Assembly (NCBI GenBank): GCA_002269645.1
Contig: NIVC01001317.1
Span: forward strand, 62,001 to 126,000
Reading direction: 5' to 3'
DNA: 64,000 nucleotides
DNA from: Macrostomum lignano
Lineage: Eukaryota
Of this stretch, positions 59,063-64,000 are shown piece by piece (positions within the stretch are counted from its first letter, which is position 1; every line of letters starts with the position of its first letter). The translations under genes and the position numbers were made by a program. Under the pieces are notes generated by a model, which had not been told where the DNA came from, ran no database searches, and was given only the letters and a program-made list of their open reading frames with translations.

Positions 59063-60184
59063 CGCTGCGGCTGCTTATGGTCTCGAATGAACGGTTGCAG
59101 CGGCTACTGTCTGATTAAAAAGACCTTGCTTCTGCTTTTAGCGTCTTGCACCTGACGCGCGTTCTGCTCTGTTTAAAAAGATGCCGTCGCTAGGCCCGAC
59201 TCCATCGTCCAACCTCTGCCCAGAGCCGCTGGGGAGGGGCTGGCCTCATCTCTACCAGCGTCCCCCCTGCCTCTCGCATTTCTCTGTCATTGTACACAGT
59301 TGACTAGTCTGCACTTTCTTTGTCCCCAGCAACCAGGCCGGCGGAGTGGGGAGGAGAGACAGTTTGAATAAGCTCCCGATTCTTGCAATGGAGACAGGCT
59401 GGACTGGGACTGAAGCGAGGCAGGGTGGGGGCAGAGGCTGAGCCACCGTCGCAACCGACCGCGCTCTGGCCTACTCTCTCCCTCTCTCCCTCTCGCGGGC
59501 ACTCAAGATATTTGTTTTTAATGCTGAAAGAGCCAGTGGTGACATCGTATCTGCAAATATGTCTCTTTAACTCTCCCTGTCTATTCTCTGCGCCAGCCTG
59601 CGCTTATGCGGGCGCTCATGCAGTATATTGCAACTATCACTAAATGGGCCGAAGCTCGTGCTGTAGACAGCATAGCTCAGCTTGTAAAGCCATCCACAAC
59701 TACCCTAGCTATCTCTCGCCTTCCTCCCATCTCTGTCAAACTCCGCAGACACACACCCATCGCTTTTCAGCATCTGCAAGTCCGTTGTAAAGACAATTAT
59801 GTGTCTCTCCGAAATTCCTAGACAGCGTCAATATATAGTGTTTCTGCTATGCTATAAAAGCAATAAAAAAACTGAAATTAAAATGTAACAGTCTGTAGAA
59901 CAGTAAAACAAAGATTTTGTGTCACAAAGTGTGTACGTGTAGTTACTCAAGGTTTATACATTGAGCAGCCCAAGTAGTCTTTTAGGTATTCGGAAAGGAT
60001 TCCAATGACTTTTGTTTGCTCACTTAATGCTCTTAAAGCGATGTAGGCAGATCTGGGCTTATCAAAGAACCTAAAAAAGATGAGATTTTGTTTGGTAAGG
60101 AAATTCTGTATAGAGTTTAAGTTCTCAGTTCTAAAAATGATGAAGTCTCTTCACTCATCCAGTTTTTCTAGGGGTTTTCAACTT

Positions 60185-60655
60185 CTAAAAAAACGTCAGA
60201 CGGCGTCCCGGCCGGCCGTGGTCCACGGAGTCGGCGGCAGCCTTTCGACTGTCCGGCCACTGATAGCGCGTCCCGTACTCAGTCAGCTCGTTTTCGGACA
60301 GTCTGTCCGCGCCGCTGACCCGTCCAAGTCGGCTAAAGTCCGGATTCGGATTGATGGTAAACTCGCTGATTGAGTTGCTAACAATTGGACGTTGATATCT
60401 ACTGGAGTGCTCGGTTTGCTCGGCTCTCAGACGCGGACCGGCCGCCTCCTGTGGGCTCCTGGCTGGCCAGCTCTGCCGACTGTAGCTCGGATTCTCGCAT
60501 CCGGCGGTGGCTGACGTAACACTGAGGTGGCCGAACCTGCGGCCGTGGAATATGAAAGTGCAGAATGCTGCTTTGTTCAGTTCAGCCGGCTCAAATTCGT
60601 TGGTTTTGCTAGATTGACTCTTGTTTGCATGATTGCTCAGTTTCATTTCTGAGCA
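60185..60655 (-). CDS. Probable exon of an unidentified gene (possible microtubule-binding TEY..Y.WP motif)
   Basis: Non-repetitive, GC-richer open frame (MKLSNHANKS...NPSYSRQSWPARSP...LTEYGTRYQWPDS); splice partners could not be resolved. Confidence 0.3.
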   Translation of the reverse strand, partial: CSEMKLSNHANKSQSSKTNEFEPAELNKAAFCTFIFHGRRFGHLSVTSATAGCENPSYSRQSWPARSPQEAAGPRLRAEQTEHSSRYQRPIVSNSISEFTINPNPDFSRLGRVSGADRLSENELTEYGTRYQWPDSRKAAADSVDHGRPGRRLTFF

Positions 60656-60714
60656 GACTGACAACACGTTCAGAAGAAAAAGGCAGATACCAAAGCCAAA
60701 GGAGTGAAACAGGT

Positions 60715-61400
60715 GAAAAACAAAAGGACGCCAGGGTGAAACAGAAAGGACGCTAGAGTGTGACACCAAAGGACGCCAGGGTGAAACACCAAAGAACGCC
60801 AGGGTGAGATACCAAAGGACGCCAGGATGAGACACCAAAGGACGCCAGGGTGAAACACAAAGGACGCTAGAGTGTGACACCAAAGGACGCCAGGGTGAAA
60901 CACCAAAGAACGCCAGGGTGAGATACCAAAGGACGCCAGGATGAGACACCAAAGGACGCCAGGGTGAAACACAAAGGACGCTAGAGTGTGACACCAAAGG
61001 ACGCCAGGGTGAGACACCAAAGAACGCCATGGTGAGACACCAAAGGACGCCAGGGTGAAACACAAAGGACGCTAGAGTGTGACACCAAAGGACGCCAGGG
61101 TGAGACACCAAAGAACGCCATGGTGAGACGCCAAAGGACGCCAGGGTGAAACACAAAGGACGCTAGAGTGTGACACCAAAGGACGCCAGGGTGAAACACC
61201 AAAGAACGCCAGGGTGAGATACCAAAGGACGCCAGGATGAGACACCAAAGGACGCCAGGGTGAAACACAAAGGACGCTAGAGTGTGACACCAAAGGACGC
61301 CAGGGTGAGACACCAAAGAACGCCATGGTGAGACACCAAAGGACGCCAGGGTGAGACACTAAAGGACCCGTCACAGTGAAACGCAAAAGGACGTCAGGGT
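60715..61400 (+). repeat. ~23-bp minisatellite with 114-bp higher-order unit
   Basis: Subunits gacaccaaaggacgccagggtga and variants; 38-aa periodic ORFs. Confidence 0.93.
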
Positions 61401-61706
61401 GAGCGATATTTCCTTGGAGCGCCTAGCTAAGCCCGTATATGGTTGGGAGAAAATTCACAACAGAGAAAGTTACTGACCTGGCTGAGTATGAGTGACTCAT
61501 GCTCATTCACTTTCGGTTGTATTCTACTTGTATCCGCGCTAATGGTTGCAGAGAAATTACTTTATTTGTTCTGTCGTGTAACCGATCGATGGAGAGTGCT
61601 TAATGTAGCAAGCCCACAAGAGTTTTCAAGTATTCTCCTTGTCTCCCCTTTCCGCTGCAGTCAGAAGCCATTATTTTATTGTCTGTCAAGCGCTCTTCTC
61701 CATCTC

Positions 61707-61740
61707 GTAACTAATGGCAACCCAAATTGGCTGATTGTAT
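61707..61740. promoter_or_regulatory. Possible RFX X-box plus CCAAT-like motif
   Basis: gtaactaatggcaac (61707-61721) resembles the GTNRCY-N(0-3)-RGYAAC X-box consensus, with adjacent attggctgattg. A minus-strand ATG lies at 61671. Confidence 0.25.
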
Positions 61741-64000
61741 AGAAATAAGGGGGTGAGAGAAGAATCGGAGTGGCTATAGACGTCTGGTCCTGCAATGCTT
61801 TCTACTTTACTTTAGAATTTTACGTAAGATACCGTAGAAGCATCAATTGAGGTCATATGTACATTTACATGCGCGACATGTACATGTATTATATATTTAG
61901 TGTGCGCGATTGTGTTTTAAGATAAACAAGACTGTATCCCAGTAAAAAAGGGTAGTCGGAATCCGATCGGAATGTCCGGTCGGAATTTGTCAGCAAAGTG
62001 GCTCGTGCAATCCGGTCGTTTTCTAGTCGGAGTTTTCCGATCGGAATGTGACGCTAATATCCGACTAAATTACGATTAGGTTGTATTTTTCAGAATTTGC
62101 TTTTGCATCGGCTAGCTTGCGTAAAAAATAAACAAATCGGTTTTCAAAGTGCTTAGCAAAATAATACATTATTTAAAATATTTTTCTGCCTGAAAAGTGA
62201 AGCACAATAATGATTGGCTATTTAATTTACTCAATGCATTGTATATTATGCAATTATAAAGATTACAGTATGCAATTTCTGCACAACACGTCAAGAGAGT
62301 AACTGTATTACATGTAGATGCAAGGAAACATAGAGAAAGAGCATAATAATGCAACATGCAGAAAATGAGCACCGAAACAAATAATAAGATACAGAAAACA
62401 AATGCAGAATAATACGATATGATTGATGAAGAACACCTGAATGCAAAAAGCTAGCTAGCTAGATAAATGTTGTGAACCAAACGGCTGCATTATCAGTCAG
62501 CAAACTTACAGCCAGAGTCAGCACATGCTTTGTCATCACAGGTGGCGGTGGCGGCAGAGGCGCAATTTCAGCTCTTCATTGTCGCGATTGCTTCCCCCAC
62601 TGACACTCCACGATTGTTGGTCTGGAGCTCTTGCACTTTCAGACGCCATCGCAGAAGCTCTAAATGGCCTTTGATGCAATCCAGAGAACTCGGAGGATAT
62701 GGTCCTGCATTGAGTAATTTAGAGAGTTAATGGCATGATCAGCAGACCAGTTGGGCACCTTCACTGTCATTAGAAAGATTTGGAAATAAAAAATAAGGAG
62801 AATAGTTGTCTTCAGGCAAGGCAAGAAAAAACTTAACATTTGCGATCTTCTTTAAAACTGGTATGAAAGCAATTGGAATATACTATGAGAATAAAAACAC
62901 AAAGAACACATACCCTTGAAGATCTCGCCAAAGTATGCTTGTACATATTCAAAGACAATTTGACCTTTGATCCTTGTTAGCTAGGCCTAGTCAGCTCTTC
63001 CAGGATCCTTTTCCCCAGTTTTGAACTGAACCTAGAGATCCCATCCATTATGTAGCAAACAGACTGTGGCACCTTTGCACTAATGCACCACATCTAGACC
63101 AGCAGTATCTGAAATAGAAGGAGAAGCCATTGATAAGATAATAATATAGAATGCTTAGTAAAGCTAGAACTAGGGGCCTAGTCTTAGTGTAACAGTGCCC
63201 TATGAAAACTAATATAAATAATATAAATAATAAAAAATTAATACTAGCATAATCTAAATGTAGAATCATATTTACTATTATAAAAAATATATTCTAAGGA
63301 CATAATGTCCTGAGTATTTTTTATCAAATTATCTCATTGACCTATTCTCTACTAGAACTTTCATTTGATATTGAGATATATAGTACTTTATTTATCTAAA
63401 TATACAAACTCTTTATATTTCTAAAGGCAAAATTAAAAGACCAAATTATTTTAAGTCTTAGCCAGGGTCCAGATTGTATAATAGTGTATGCCAGAACAAG
63501 AATCATATCTTAGCTAAATGTAGGCCAGTGTATGCCAAAAACAAAAAATTCCTTAAAAAAGTATACTAAAAAGTCACTTAAAAAGGTCATTTGGTTTTTA
63601 CAGGTTGAGTTTCCTAAGAAAAGTTTTCTTTAAAATATTATAAATATTTTCATTTTAAACAAACTTAATTATACTTAATTATTAATTTTTAATAATAATT
63701 TTACTAAATTAATTTATTTTTAATTTTAACGAAGCAAAACACTATTACTGACTTTCTTGAATATACAAATTTTCCTTTATTTTAGGCCTATATAAAAACA
63801 TAAATTTACATTGAACTTTTCATGCTCAACATGAGTTTATTCACTGAAATTTGTAGGCCAACTGCCAAAAAATATATAAGTTTGTATACCAAAATTTATA
63901 TGCAAACTTTAAAACGAGTGATTTGCATACCCAAATTTTCTGGCATATATGTAACATTCCAGAGTCAGGAGTCTTAGAGTTCTAGAGTTCTAGACATAGA

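Noticed and set aside
62480-63130. Short ORF-like patches near the window end
   Set aside because: Stops in all frames and no recognisable domain or splice-consistent model.

Overview
Eukaryotic (animal) genomic DNA, not prokaryotic: GC-rich spliced exons with GT-AG introns, many filled by private minisatellites. The style suggests a free-living flatworm such as Macrostomum (inference, unverified). The first ~20 kb is an accessory, transposon-rich region. It holds a decayed mariner, then a ~9 kb candidate tyrosine-recombinase (Crypton-like) DNA element (531-9510) bounded by imperfect inverted termini and sitting inside a (TG)n microsatellite. That element encodes an intact 6-exon, ~1072-aa recombinase and carries a nested hAT-type MITE. 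Next come a solo LTR with a 5-bp TSD, an intronless ApoL/alpha-pore-forming-toxin-like gene between inverted repeats, copia and Tc1 remnants, and a urotensin-II-like neuropeptide precursor. The rest holds a CH25H-like sterol hydroxylase, an 8-exon FAM161 gene (-), a ~21 kb NACHT/WD40 (NWD1/2-like) gene (+) ending in a CaaX box, a 5-exon RS/Lys-rich orphan gene (-), two copies of a tRNA-derived SINE and about 20 tandem arrays. Most long ORFs in the ORF track are repeat artefacts. All exon models were assembled by eye using splice-site and reading-phase consistency.
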